Of a stretch of 64,000 bases of DNA, positions 1 to 13,154 are shown piece after piece (position 1 is the first letter of the stretch; every line of letters begins with the position of its first letter). Made by a program: the position numbers and the translations under genes. The DNA is taken from NCBI RefSeq assembly GCF_006345805.1, contig NC_043017.1, positions 16,926,001-16,990,000 of the forward strand, read 5' to 3'. The notes under the pieces were generated by a model. The model searched no databases. It was not told the DNA's origin and worked only from the letters and a program-made list of their open reading frames with translations. This DNA is from Octopus sinensis (Eukaryota).

Positions 1-590
1 TCACTGGAAAATCTGACACTGTCTGTGGGGTGTCCAGCTGGTTTCCCTGAATGTTTCCTAACCCAGAATGAGTGTTGGGTTCAGTTTGAGCCAGGTACAA
101 AGAGACAATTCATGCAGTGGAAACACCCCCACCCCACCCACCTGCTCCAAAGAAGGTTATGGTCGTTTCATCTGCGGGGAAGGTGATGGCATGTTTATTG
201 GGATGCAAAAGACACTGTGTTTTCATTGACTCTCTTCAAAAGAGCCACACCGTCAATGGAGAGTACTACGCCAACTTACCAAGGCAGTTACAAAAGGATA
301 TTAAGAGCAAATGCCCAGGAAAACTGGCAAAAGGGCTCCAACACATGTGCATGACTAGCTTTGAACTGATTGATCTCGCTCCCTGTTCCCCTGATTTGAC
401 CCCATCTGATTATCATCTGTTTCCCAACATGGAAAACACTTAGCTGAGAACCAGTATCACACTGATGATAACATTATATCTGCCGTTGAAGACTTTTTTG
501 ACCGACAGGATGAAAGCTTCTTCACCAGTGGAATCCAAGCACTGCAACACCGATGGAAGAAGTGTGTGGACCACAATGGGTATATATGGG
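1..590 (+). mobile_element. Degraded mariner (DD34D-type) transposase remnant
   Basis: ORF 117-443 has SAGKVMA...VFID.LQKSHTVNGEYYANL and LAPCSPDLTPSDYHLFPNM (mariner YSPDLAPSDYHLF motif); downstream frame gives GIQALQHRWKKCVDHNG; frameshifts present. Confidence 0.9.
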
Positions 591-1329
591 TGAGCATATG
601 TGTATATACATATATATATATTAGCAATAACTACAATGATATAGAACTTCTTCATCCTCAAAATTTATTTTCTCCTATTTTACAATTTTATACAGCATAT
701 ATACTCCAGACAATATAACCATCCAGTGAAGCGAACACAGAATTATCCGTCGGAAGAATTTACAGAGTGACTGACAACTAATAGTAGTCAAAGACATTAA
801 ATACTGATTGATGCGGTTAGCCATAACCTGGAACATAACTGAGAGCCACCATGGTATCGACCCATATGTTATATCCCTCCAAACATATATATACACACAC
901 AAACATACAGAGAGAGAAAGAGAGAGAGAATAGTCCCGTAAGTTTTCCTAAGTCAGAAGAAAACAGAAACTCATACATTAGGTAATAAAGTGGATATATT
1001 AAAAAAAATATTACAGATTTACTCTTAAAATGGTCAATTCATGGTACCAAACAGTTTCCTGTAAAACACCTTCCAAGAGTGAAAAGGTAAATTAACAATC
1101 ATCGAGTATGGGTGAATGAGGGAGTATAGCTTGGTCCCTTTTCGATTGGGGGTCTGAAAACACTACAACCAGTTTACAAGTCTAAGAGTTGTAAAAAAAA
1201 AAAAAAAAAAGAAAAGGCTGTGTTTTTTCAAACATGAGTTTCATCTGGGTTTTTGTACATAATCTCATCTCTGAGATATAAAATGGTTTGGAAAACCAGA
1301 TCAAGCTAGTCTTAGAACAGAAAGGAAGC

Positions 1330-1900
1330 TGAGATTTGAAAGCCACAATCAATCCTCTCTTTGTAAAAATAAGTATGATGGTCAAATGAGTAATTTGCTC
1401 AATGATGTTTTGCAAACAACTTGCACGTGCAAGTGCTGCCAGTCAAGAATTCCGCATACCAGAAGCCAACAAGTATATGCAGTCATCAGGAGAGAACGCG
1501 CGCCGTTTCAGGGCCTACCTCTCGGCGGCATCATTGCGCACTGGCTCACTGATGTGAAGCCCCGCTGGCTAGATCAGCTGGTTTATCAAATAAAACTCAA
1601 TAATCTTCTAGCCATCGCTCATCGTCTGTTTTTAACCAAATCCAGTGGCTAGCCTTTTCCACTGTGGTTTGGATATCGGTCATGGTGGTATTTATTTTAT
1701 GATGAGTTAGGCCTAAAGATAACAACAGTCATCTCACACTGTGTCCAACAAACCCTCGATTGGAAAATGCTCCGCTTTCCATCCTGCGTCTTCACATTCC
1801 TCGAGGAGGTTTACATAATGGTCAATGGTTTCGAGCCTGAGCGGCATCCATGTTACTCTTTGCTCGAGCTTTTCTCATGAAATCATTCACCTCTTTCTCC
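1330..1900 (-). mobile_element. Possible highly degraded second mariner remnant
   Basis: Minus strand gives a WVPxxL-like WMPLRL near 1840 and a KQxAMEW-like segment near 1620; heavily mutated. Confidence 0.35.
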
Positions 1901-2191
1901 CTGATGTCCCTAATTTGAAATTCGATGTATGTGTATATAGGCACAGGCATAGATGTATGGTAAGAGCCTTACTTTCTAACCACATGGTTTTGGGTTCAGT
2001 CCTACTGTGTGGCACCTTGGGCAAGTGTCTTCCACCATAGCCTCAGGCCAACCATAGACTAGCAAGCGGATCTGATAGATGGAAACTTTGTGTGTATGTG
2101 TGTGTGTTTCTGTCTACTAAACCCACTCGCAAGGCTTTGACAGTCCTGGTGCTCTAGTAAAAGACACTTGCCTGAGGAGCTGCACATTGAA

Positions 2192-3030
2192 GGTGCCTTC
2201 CAGAAGTTTTGAAACTTTTCCAGGAAACACATTTATTGATTTCAAAGTACAAAACCCTGTTTTCCTTCAAAATAGAATCCTCTGACTTCAAAGCACTAGG
2301 GCTCCAGCCACGAAGGACCTACAGAAGTTCTCCAAAGCAATGTCACAGTCTCCTTCATCTTCTTGATGTCTTCAAAAACGACTCCCCTACAGGTTCTCCT
2401 TCAACTTGGGGGCAGTAGGAAGGGTGAGGGACAGTTTTGATGCCCATCTTTGTCGAGTAGTTGGTTCCCAGGATGGAATCCTGGACTGGTGCAGGTGCTC
2501 AGCCCTTTTGCAATGAAAGCTCTTCTTGAACTCCCTCAAAACCTCCTCAAAGTATTTTTTGTTGATCACCTGGCCAGAGGGAGCCCAGTGGATGGAGATG
2601 ATGCCCTTGCTGTTGAAAAAGGGGATCGTCAGTACCTTCTCAGTAGACTTGTTTGGCCTAGACTCTTGTGCCCGCAAAAAAAAACCAGACACTTTGACTC
2701 ATACAAGCTAATCCATAAGCAGTCTGGATCATGGCTAATCCATAAGCAGTCTGGATCATCTCTTAAGTTTCTGCAGCATCTTTTCCCAGTTTAACACAAA
2801 AATTTCCATCACATCTCAACTGCATGCTGCAAGCTAGTCAGCTGTGAGAAGCAGTGTTAAGTAGGATGTGTTCAAAGTCCTGTTACAGCTAGTTTCTTTG
2901 ACACTGAAACAACAAAAGTTAGCAGGTAAGCCTATTAGATGTACAGTAATGATATACTAAAATTACAATAATCTAGGACAGTTGTAACTGTCTCTCCCAG
3001 AAAATAGTCCCAAATTTTCTGGAATGCACC
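2192..3030 (-). mobile_element. Internally deleted mariner element with terminal inverted repeats
   Basis: TIR-like GGTGCCTTCCAGAAGTTTT at 2192 vs AAATTTTCTGGAATGCACC ending 3030; minus ORF 2387-2692 KVLTIPFFNSKGIISIHWAPSGQVINKKYFEEVLREF is mariner catalytic-domain-like. Confidence 0.85.
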
Positions 3031-3132
3031 ACACACGTGTATGTGTATATATATCCTTCAAGGCAATGTCACAGCATGGAGATAGCCAAATGACTAAACC
3101 ATGATGATGATGATATATATATATATATATAT

Positions 3133-3419
3133 ATCACTGTGACCGACTAGGCTATCAGATGTTGCTACACATCGCTGGTCATATGAGCTTCACATTGTTT
3201 TAACCTTCAAATGAGGCCACACCGCAGGCTAAGCGAGCAGGCCAACAGAAGTAAGAGTGAGAGAAGGAGTGGTGAAAGAGTACAGCAGGGATCACCAAAA
3301 CCCCCTGCCGGAGCCTCGTGGAGCTTTGGGTGTTTTCGCTCAATAAAAACTCACAACGCCCAGTCTGGGAATCGAAACCGTGAGTCTGCTGCCCTAACCA
3401 CTGGGCCATTGCACCTCCA
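3133..3419 (-). mobile_element. tRNA-derived SINE (family D)
   Basis: Minus strand starts GGAGGTGCAATGGCCCAGTGGTTAGGGC (A box)...GGTTTCGATTCCC (B box); near-identical to 55199-55547. Confidence 0.85.
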
Positions 3420-4029
3420 CATATATATATATATATAAATTAATATATATAAGGATAAGATCGTTAATTTAAAAATAAAATAACGATTTTATCAAGTGGT
3501 CAGCATGGAAAAAATAACCTTCAATGGTAATAATTAAAATTATAAATTAGGGTATCTACAAGATACCACCATGCTGAAAAAAAAAATATATATATATGTA
3601 CACACACACATATATATATAAATCATCTCTCTCATGAAAATTTGAATATTTCACTTCTCCCATGGATGTTTGCAGCACTAATGTGGTCTGCCTCAATAAT
3701 ATTTCTTTCCTGTGAGCATGGCAGCAGCTCAGTTGTTGTTCTCTTTGTGACTCTCAATCATAGCTCATGTATGTTCACTGCCAGCTCTGGCCATCTCCTC
3801 CAGTCTCCTGTCACCCAACTCATATAAACACCACAGGTCATTCCGTTTCATATTTCCAAAACTCTTGGTTGCTTCTAGACATTGCTCTGTGATAAACAAA
3901 AATGTCAAAATAAGCACAAACCTGTCTCCTTGGCTTTAATTTCTGCCATTTCATTCACTTTGCATTCTACTATTAAAGCTGCCTTTTTTTCCCCCTTTTC
4001 TTTCATCTTCCTTTATCTAATATGCCCCT

Positions 4030-4340
4030 TCATCATCATTATTTAGTATCCCTTTTTTCCATGTTGGCATGGCTAAAACTGTTTGACTGGGAATTGGTAA
4101 ACTGGAAAGCTGCACCAGGCTCCAGTCTGTTCCGGTTTGGTTTCTATGGCTGGATGCCCTTCCTAATGCCAACCACTCCGCAAAGAGTACAGGGTGTCTG
4201 TTATATGTCACCAGCATGGGTTCCTTTTGTGTGGCACTGGCACTGGCCCCAACTACAATTTCACTCGGCTTGACATGTCTCCTCAAGCACAGCAAATTGC
4301 CAAAGGTCTCAGTCGCTGGTCATCATCTCCGCGAGACTCA
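4030..4340 (-). mobile_element. RTE LINE 3' UTR fragment (family B)
   Basis: Matches the GGAAGGGCATCCAGC...CATGCTAGCATGGAAAA...(GAT)n tail of the RTE at 28.2-32.4 kb. Confidence 0.75.
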
Positions 4341-4929
4341 ACATCTCAGCATCATACTTCACCACCTCATCCCATGGTCTCCCTCCTAATTAATATTTCT
4401 TTCTCTCATGTCAGCAAGGCAGCTCACTGGCCATGAAAAGGGCCGGTGCATGGCAAGAGCGCTGTCATGCCCCCACCACCCATAATGGAATTTTTTCTCC
4501 CACCCACATCCTCTTTGCCTACATCAGTATCCTACAAACCACAGTAATAAAACGCAAACGCACATGACACTGGAAATTAGGAATACTTGTAATTATTTGA
4601 TAATAGTTCTAAACTACATTCATCATCATCATTGTTCGACCGTGGTCGAGACAATGGAATTTACCATGCTACGCCAGACTTCACGGTCCGTCATGGCATT
4701 ACGGAGGTCCTGTTGCTGGATGCCTGTATCCCTGGAGATTACATCAAGGAGATTACACCTTTGTGGTAGATGCAACAAGTGTGAATAAGAATGAATGATG
4801 GTAAATTAAATATAAGGACAAAGAGTGTAAATCTGCCAACAGCTGATAAACCATTGCACAACCCTTCTTATTCCTCACAGATGCAGACATAGTCATACAA
4901 TAATGGATTAAACATACTTCCCATCAAAG

Positions 4930-7030
4930 ATACACCCTGAACTTCATGGCTGCAACCATAAATGTAGGCACAATGAAAAGCAGATCTGGTTAGATTGTGG
5001 TAACGCCAAAGTAGAGACAAGTGCATGTATGCTGCGTACAAGAAGTAAGATGGAAGAGATCCTCAACCAAACTTATCACAAGAAAGTGATAGAAATTCTT
5101 CTAGGCAAGTAATAGCACCTGCAGGGTGGAATAGACATACTGATGGCAGGAAAATGGATAGCAAAAGTAACTGAGGTAGTCAGGATACATGATAGGATAA
5201 TTGAGACTAGTTATAGGCAACTCAACAGCATATGCCCCACTGAAGGGATTCACAAAAGCGCAGAAGGACAGCTTCTAGGAGAGCCTTCTGCAAACTGCCT
5301 CAATGAAGACTTACAGCAACTTCATTCTCGTGGTTGGTTATTTCAACAGCCATGTTGGCCAGCATGCCAATGGCTTCTACAACATACATAGAGGCTATAG
5401 ATATGGTGAGAGAAATGAGAAGGGTGTACAGCTCCTGGAATTCTGTGATACAATGGATCCAATAATCTGCAACACACACTTTAGAAAACCAGCCAACCAC
5501 CTTATCACTTACAAACCTGGCATACATGCAAGTCAGATAGATTACATTCTCAACAGGAGAAGGGATGTTTCCCCGGTGAAGATTCACAAAACGACAGAGA
5601 TTGGCGGCAAGTGACTTCAAGGTCAGAGTTAGGCAGACACACAAATGAATGACAACAGGAAAAAGGAAGATATGGAAACTAAAAGATCCTGCAGTTGAGA
5701 AGAGATTTAGAGAAACTGTAACTGACATATATGACCGTAGGGAGGTAGATTTAGATACCTGGAGCACAGTCGAAAGCAGTGAATGTCTAGGAAATGATTT
5801 ACTTAAGGCTATAGAATAGACACATGGTGGTGGAATGATACAGTTCATATGGCAGTAAAGACTAAGAAACAGGCTTGGAAAATCGGGGACAAAAGTAATC
5901 GTACCAAATGGCTAGATGGGCAGTTATGCAACAGAAATATTTGGCTTTGGGTGAGGCAGAAAAGACAAGATTTACACATGTCTTGCAATACAAGAATCAG
6001 AGGTGTGAAGCGCCCATGATCGCAAGATAGTGTATGAAAATGAATAGCGATGTCACTGGCCAAAAGTGTACTCGAAATGATAAAGATATATTTGCCAGTG
6101 ATATGGAAGAAAATGATGTGATAATACTGTTATGAAAAGCTGGTGAATGTGGAGAATGTATAATATGTATATGATAAAGAAGGGCTACTTCGACAGAAGG
6201 ATGAGTAATTCAAGCAGCATAGTAGATAAGGTAATCAAAGACATGAAGAGAGGGAAAGTTGCAGAGATGCTCAAATTATCCAGTGAGGTCAGTTGCAATT
6301 ACCACCCGGATATGTAATCTAGTTATACAACCAATGATAAGCAAAAGCCGTATCTTTGTAAAGTACTGCAAAAGCAAAAATATACCTATATATTTATTTA
6401 GACATCATATATATATGACAACCAACATATTTATTTACCAAAAGGTTATCAAAGAAGGCGATGTTAGTAATAAAATAGTTTTATCACACCCGGTGCACAC
6501 ATATCCGAATCTCACAAACTAAACAGCAAAAAAGGCTGGTGAGGGTTGTGAAACTGGTGTTTAGCTTTTAAGATATCATCAATATTTGCTTTGGAATTGC
6601 TGCATCTGACCAAGAGAATTGCTTTCACATGTTCATCAGTTAACCTCGTTCGATGTGCTGACTTCCATTTTGAAAATGTCTGCTCACAGACATAAGTTGT
6701 TCCAAACACTGATGCCATACCAGAGGCAAATGAACTCTCATTGCAGGTACATACACAGATGGTATAGTACGGCAGTGGGCCAGATGAACTGACCTCATGA
6801 GCTGGATCAGGCCCGTGAGCCATAGTTTGGTGACCCCTGGCCTAAATGATGCAATTATTTGCAGCATCACCAAGAATTCAAGAATTGGATAAGAGATACC
6901 AAATGATTGCCAGGGATGATGCCCTATGGCTCATGAAAAAGTTCTGGAGACCCAAGATAAGTCACTGAAGGAATTGCATGAAAATAGATCTCATATGAGA
7001 GAAGCATATTCAAATGACCTGTTAAATCCT
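4930..7030 (+). mobile_element. Degraded RTE-clade LINE (APE endonuclease to early RT), interrupted by a hAT remnant
   Basis: NVGTMKSRS, VCCVQEVRW, GYFNSHVG, YGERNEKGVQLLEFC, SQIDYIL are APE motifs; many stops and frameshifts. Confidence 0.85.
6480..6840 (-). mobile_element. hAT (Charlie/Buster/SPIN-like) non-autonomous remnant
   Basis: Terminus CAGGGGTCACCAAACTATGGC at ~6839 (minus); ORF has SVFGTTYVCEQTFSK...RTRLTDEH (hAT dimerization domain). Confidence 0.85.
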
Positions 7031-8329
7031 AACAGTTATCCCCCAAAACAACAAATGGTAATGAAATCAAAGTTAGCCTTAAACCATCATTGCTTTGGAC
7101 CCAACACAAAATCTGCAGCCTACCACAGGAATTCAATTTGAAGATCAGCTATCTGGTCACTTTGCCAAAAATTTATGACAAGATGGAAGATTTCCTTCTG
7201 GTAGTGACAGAGCCATGAATTTGGGGTTTTTCAATCCACAACATTACTGACACACAAGTGACTGTGCAAAATAAAATGTTTAGGTCTACAATATCATTTG
7301 GCAGCTATTGCAAGTATTTCCAAGAAATAGTCATATCTACAGAATGATAAAGACTGGTGTGGATCAGAAAATAGTTCGTGCAGAATCTTTAAATTCCTAA
7401 CAACCTTTAGGTCTACTATCACACACACTTCAATTAAAAACAAATAATCTCCAATAATAATAATCTGCAGTTATGCAATAGTATAAGATTAATAGATTAT
7501 ATTACAAATCACCCTCAATGTTCTTTTCTTCCTATCATTCTCACTGAATTAACCGAAATTATATCCAGATAAGTCATACTAACAGATATATCTTTTTCAG
7601 TTTAGTAGACTTCAGTTTCCAGAACGCATAAACTTTGCCATATTAATCAATAAATCCAAAGGTAAATATTGATACTTGCAGAACTGTATCATGTTAGAAT
7701 ACAGCTTTGCTAATGGCCAGGTTTACGTAAGCTGTTCAGTTATTGGAAGACCCCCCCCTATAAACTTTTTATTTAGGCCTCTATTGCTAAAGCAAAAAGC
7801 TTTAAGTATTCTAAAATACTAACATGACAATACTGAGAACTGCCAAGTCTATGATCGGTACAGATCTAATACCACATAAGCTGGGGTTCGTCAGAAATCT
7901 TAATTTTATTTCTCTATCACTGAATGTATTGCTGTTCCAAGTGTGAGGTTCCTCCAAGCACTCCAGTCTCCACATACGAACGGTTTTATTTTCAGGGGTG
8001 TTTACCTTCCGACACTACGGTCATCATTAATATTTCAAATTATTTTAATTCAAAAAATAAAGATCGTATATTTCAACAACATAAGACGATATATAACCTT
8101 CAATAACATTCCAAATGAAATAAAACCGTATTTCAGGTTCATTTAATTCTGTGTTCTTATTTAATACGTGTGAAATGGATATGTTATTTCCAGAAATTAC
8201 GAAATATACTATGAATACTGAGTGCCTATCTGTAGACTAAATGCATTAAGACACTGGACTGCTAGAGACGAACTGGGAAGCAAATTAATTCCTTAAATGA
8301 AAGATAACATTCCGAGGGAAATGCAACAG

Positions 8330-8421
8330 TGTTTTATTAAATAGAATATGCGTTCATTAAAAAAATGTTGGTCTATTTACAGCTCGTCTCCAGCCTGGGC
8401 AACGCCGGGTATTCTATTAGT
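8330..8421 (+). mobile_element. Helitron 3' terminus remnant
   Basis: CCTGGGCAACGCCGGGTATTCTATTAGT resembles a Helitron subterminal hairpin plus degenerate CTAG|T. Confidence 0.45.
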
Positions 8422-8878
8422 GAAAGTCAAATAGCTGACACAATATTTTTCTGACTCTTTCTATGTGTTGCGCGCGCGCGCGTATTTATCCACTTATTTT
8501 AATTTTTTAATTAATTTTTTTTTTTGTTTTTTGTTAGATTTTTACAGAAACTTCGGGTATATCAAAATCGTATTCATACATTTCACGTTAAAGCTTTTAA
8601 AAAAAAAAGTTTAACGAATCCCACATCCACGAAATATGAATAAACCGACGTAATTTCAGTGCGAAGCAGTTTTCTTCTCCCCATTTTTTGACAGAAATTC
8701 TCTGCAGAAAAGAAAGAATTGAAATAACACAACAGATTCTTCGGTAATCTTGTCTTTTTTTTTTTTTTCCCCCCTTTCCTTTTTTTCGCCCGTAATTTTA
8801 TGCTTGCGTGTTTCTTTAGTCATTCACAAAAACTCGTCACATCTCGACACTAATTGGCAAAAAACATCGTAAAATAAC

Positions 8879-9010
8879 CTTTGAGTCGTGGGTTCGGGGC
8901 CCAATCTGGGCGAAACATAGTTTTATTTGACACCCTCGTTAGTTCAGCCCATCGTTTCATACTGTTTATGAGTTTATCACTTTGGTAGATAACTTTTACC
9001 CGAAGCAGAT
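8879..9010 (-). CDS. Coding exon 2 of an unidentified minus-strand gene
   Basis: Strong polypyrimidine tract + ACAG acceptor ending at 9011; 132 nt, phase 1-1, open: (D)LLRVKVIYQSDKLINSMKRWAELTRVSNKTMFRPDWAPNPRLK; donor AAG|GTTATT; in frame with exon 1. Confidence 0.75.
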
Positions 9011-9237
9011 CTGTGTAAAAAAAGCAAAAAAAGGCGAAGGGAGTCGCTGGAGAAGACCTCCTTCCTTCTTATTCGATGATGCAAAAGAAAAATTCTTCGA
9101 AATACTGTCATCTTGACAAACTACGCGGCGACGACGACCGTCTACGACATACGTCGATCGCCGATCGGTTTATCGGGGACATCGTGATGCGGTTTGAGCG
9201 TGTGTAAGGAGCACCCTGTTGAGGTTAATTCACTTAC

Positions 9238-9277
9238 CTGCATGTTCCCGTTTCAGCAAGCCGACTGTATCCGCCAT
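9238..9277 (-). CDS. Coding exon 1 (start codon) of the same unidentified gene
   Basis: AAAATGGCG Kozak/YY1-type context, MADTVGLLKREHA, perfect donor CAG|GTAAGT, 227-nt intron to exon 2. Confidence 0.8.
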
Positions 9278-9360
9278 TTTGATAGAATGACGTCACCAAC
9301 GGCGAGACTGAAACCGATTAAGGGGAGATCATTCGTGTCGGCTCAAACAACAGCCTCACA
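9271..9360 (-). promoter_or_regulatory. Proximal promoter/5' UTR with full CRE and YY1-like site in a CpG-retaining island
   Basis: TGACGTCA at 9288-9295; CCGCCATTTT at 9271-9280; visibly CpG-rich, repeat-poor 7.9-10.4 kb. Confidence 0.6.
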
Positions 9361-11384
9361 TTTTCGTGCCTTGTTGTCATGTAATCTGTTGCAAAATAAT
9401 AAAAATGCTGCTATCTCAAATGCTCTTACTATCATCAATGCTTATCATTCGAATCGCCGTCCTAGCTTCCTCGCTGTTATTAGTCTCATTAAGCTTGTTA
9501 TTATTGCTACTAATAAAAAATCGTTATTATTGCTACTACTCTTGTTATCCTCATAAATATAAGGCGTTTTGCGTTAATACTATTTCTTGCTACAATTAAT
9601 GCTATTTTATTTAATATTGCTACTGCAACAGCTGTTAAGGCTGACGTTTCTTGCAGCTGTTATTAATGGAATGTTTGCTAATTCCACCCTTCGTGCCTCC
9701 CTTACTCTTATTGTTGTAACATCTTATAACTGATTTTTTTTTTATTTAATGTCGCAACTAACATTGTTATCGTTACTGTTTCCTCACTGTTGCTGTTGTG
9801 TCTTGTCCCACATTCATCAGCCTTAGCCTCTGTTCGTCATAATTTTGGCAGAACACACCTACAGACAACAGACATGCCTTAAACTTCCAAACGATGTTTG
9901 CCAGCCTTCAAGAATGTTGATAATTGTTCCGTATATATGTAGTTAATAGTGACTCAAGATTTTTTATCGTGTCTACAGGTCTCCTTTTTTTTATCTTCTC
10001 ATCTTTGACCCTTCCAGCTTGGGTTACAGTGCCACCAATATTCTTCTGGCATTGTTATTGGAATCTTCAAATAATGTAAACAATAACACCCAAGAATGTG
10101 CGTAGTCACACATGACAAGCTGCTTCTTATCGATTTCTGGCTGTCGCGGTCACCGTTCGTCTAGTTATGTCTCTAAGTAGCAGAGAAATTACACCAATTA
10201 TACTTCCCCGAAACTATTTCTTACGTGAGTGAAACACTTCCCTGTAAACATACCACCAAGAGCAAATATTTTTTAAAGCCATAGCATGTGTATATGTCTG
10301 CGTGCATACAGGCAAATTTCCCGTCTTCTCTGCCATACCTGCTACCAACCAGAGATTACGCCAATTTCAGTAATCCCCTAACAATACCCTTTCAGCATTC
10401 ATAAAACCATGTATGGGTATTTTTATACGTAAGTACATGCGTACCTACACATACATAGATATCGGCTTATATATATATATATATGGGGATATTGCGTATA
10501 TACACAGTTATCTGCATATGGAATTTATCTAACCATGTGTTATGTCATCGTTCATCGTTTTAACGTCTAGTTTTCCATGCTTGCATGGGTTGGACTTTTT
10601 TTTATCGAAACATTTTTCTACTACTGGATGCCCTTCCCGTAACCAACTCTTTCTCCTGTTTTCAAGCAAAGTAATATCTCTCCATGGTCACACGTTTTCG
10701 TAGAATATTAGAAAGAAACAACACTGCTTGTATGACAGGGACAATAATTTATATCACACACTATCAAGACGAGACACAAACACACACACACACACATAAC
10801 ATACATGGTGGCTGCCCCCTCGTTGTCGCGTATGGCCATTGCACGAAGCTTAATCAATGTTGTTATTGTGCAATGCCTGTGCAAGAAGATTTTTTTAAAG
10901 TGAGGAAAGGCTGTGCACTGAGTCAATCCCACTCACTAAGCAACAGCAGCCATTATCCGAAAAGAAGAACAAGTCAACATCATCGGTAACCACTGAGCCT
11001 CAGGTTTTATGTTGGAGTTATCCTAGTTACCTGAGTTACCATCTCCTAGAAGGATGCCCTAACAAATTCTAGGAGTCCTTCACTCCCAATGGTTTAACCG
11101 TGCTATCAGGTATTCAGTCCGATTATTTCTGTGTCCCCGCGCATGATACAACTTTAAGACATTTATTGGATGGCCGTTGACTCTCAAGAGTTCCTCCACC
11201 TTTTGACGGGTTTTGTTTTTCATCCCACAGGGTGTCCAATAAACACCCTTCTCACCAAGCAAGCTTGGTGGGGTTGCCGGTTTAGTCGCCGACGACCCGA
11301 CCATGCAATAGGTTGTACTGGGTTACATGTTACCAGTAGCACCCGAAAGTGACCTGACATAAATAACATACATACATACATACA

Positions 11385-12129
11385 TGGTGGTTGTCTACCC
11401 CTTATGCAGAGTTTGACCACCTCCTGTACCTACACCTCAGCACCATCATGAAATCTGATGTGGCTTTTTAAACCCATGTAGAGTGCACCTCTGATTTGAA
11501 CCACCAATACCTGTAGATAAGTTCTGCTGTTTGTGGATCTTAAAATGTCTTTTGAGACCTCCTTTGGATTTGCAAACCTTCTGGCATACACTGCATTCAA
11601 AGGTACGCACAGACACATAGGTAGAATAGTTAGTGGAGGTTCGCTTTCCATGCGTTTGCAGATGAGATTTGAGGCCAGCAAAAGACAGGCATGGTCTGTG
11701 ACAGACTGTGCGCACAAAAAGGTCATTGTCATTCACCATCTTGATTGTTATATTCTTCCTTAGATCTCTTGTGAGTCTTACTTGCATTATCCTGGCCTCT
11801 TCAAATGCTTTTACTCTGCTCCACACCTATGTTCGCCATCCAACTTGATCCAAAACAAGGGTTTCTGTGTCTTTTGGAACCATTCCAAGTGACTTCATAG
11901 TAGTCCTTATGCCGTCTTTTTTTTAGGTTTACACCTATAGCGTTTCCCCTCTGCAAGCTCACCATAAAACAGCTGTTTCGGCATGCGTTCATCTGCCATT
12001 CAAACAATATGGCCACACCATCTCATTTGGTTCCTCAAAAATCATAGCTTTCATTGAGGTGATGCCTGCAGATGCAAGGACATCTGTGTTTGGAGTAAAA
12101 GAACTCCACTTAAAATGCGATGAAGGCAT

Positions 12130-12132
<3 letters not shown>
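11385..12132 (-). mobile_element. RTE/BovB-like LINE 3' fragment with C-terminal C2H2 zinc fingers
   Basis: WCGHIV...ADERMPKQLFYGEL...GKR segment then CTVCHRPCLSFAGLKSHLQTH and CSVCQKVCKSKGGLKRHFKIH; flanked by (TACA)n. Confidence 0.8.
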
Positions 12133-12161
<29 letters not shown>

Positions 12162-12207
12162 CATACATACATACATACATACATACATACATACATACAT
12201 ACATACA

Positions 12208-12341
12208 TTAATTGAGCAACTCGACCCCGGGACTTATTCTTTTGTAAGCCCAGTACTTGTTCTATCGGTCTCTTTTCCCAAACCGCTAAGTAACAGGGAC
12301 ATAAACACTAGCATTGGTTTTCAAGCAATGCTAGGGGGACA

Positions 12342-12396
<55 letters not shown>

Positions 12397-12560
12397 CATA
12401 TATACGACGGGGTTTCCATCTACCAAATCCACTCACAAGGTTTTGGTCGGCCCGAGGCTATAGTAGAAGACACTTGCCCAAGGTGCCACGCAGTGGGACT
12501 GAACCCGGAACCATGTGGTTGGTAAACAAGCTACTTACCACACAGCCACTCCTACGCCTA
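12208..12560 (-). mobile_element. CORE-type tRNA SINE (family A)
   Basis: Head GGCGTAGGAGTGGCTGTGTGGTAAG...GGTTCAGTCCC, CORE-like GGCACCTTGGGCAAGTGTCTT, internal TA/TG microsatellite. Confidence 0.85.
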
Positions 12561-13154
12561 TTTGTTCATTTATTATTATTTATTAATGTTTATTTATTCA
12601 AATTGTTTTGAATTAATCATGTGTTATAGCTTTGAGATTTTGATGATGTGATTGCCAATTTTTAGAATAACGTTGTAGGGTAGGTGTGAGAGTCTGCATC
12701 TGGGCAGTTTTTACTGATAGAATATTTGGGACAGATGTGGCCAGTTTAAATACTGAACGGTTAAATAAAACCCAGGACATACACTTAGATGTTGTCATGG
12801 CATCCTTCCAGAAGGGGAACACTCTAATGTATGACCTGCAGGTTCGCATGATCATTGAGCATTCACTTCAGTCTGTCACTAGGCACTGACTGTAAAAGCT
12901 CAGAAGACAGTACTTCTGTTATACAAGCGTTTATCACTATATTCCAATCACGTACAGATGTCTCTTTATGGTGACAAACACATATGTGACAGACTTCTTT
13001 CAGTTTCTCTCCACCAAATCCACCCACATGGCTATAGCCAGCCCAGGGCTATAGTGGAAGACACTTGCCTCAAAGTACCACACAATAGGACTGAGCTGAA
13101 AACTATGTGGTTGAGAAGTAAACTTCTTAGCCACACATCCATGCCTGAGCCTGC

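Noticed and set aside
9011-9111. Alternative ATG at 9111 reading into exon 2
   Set aside because: 100 nt from the exon-2 frame, so out of frame
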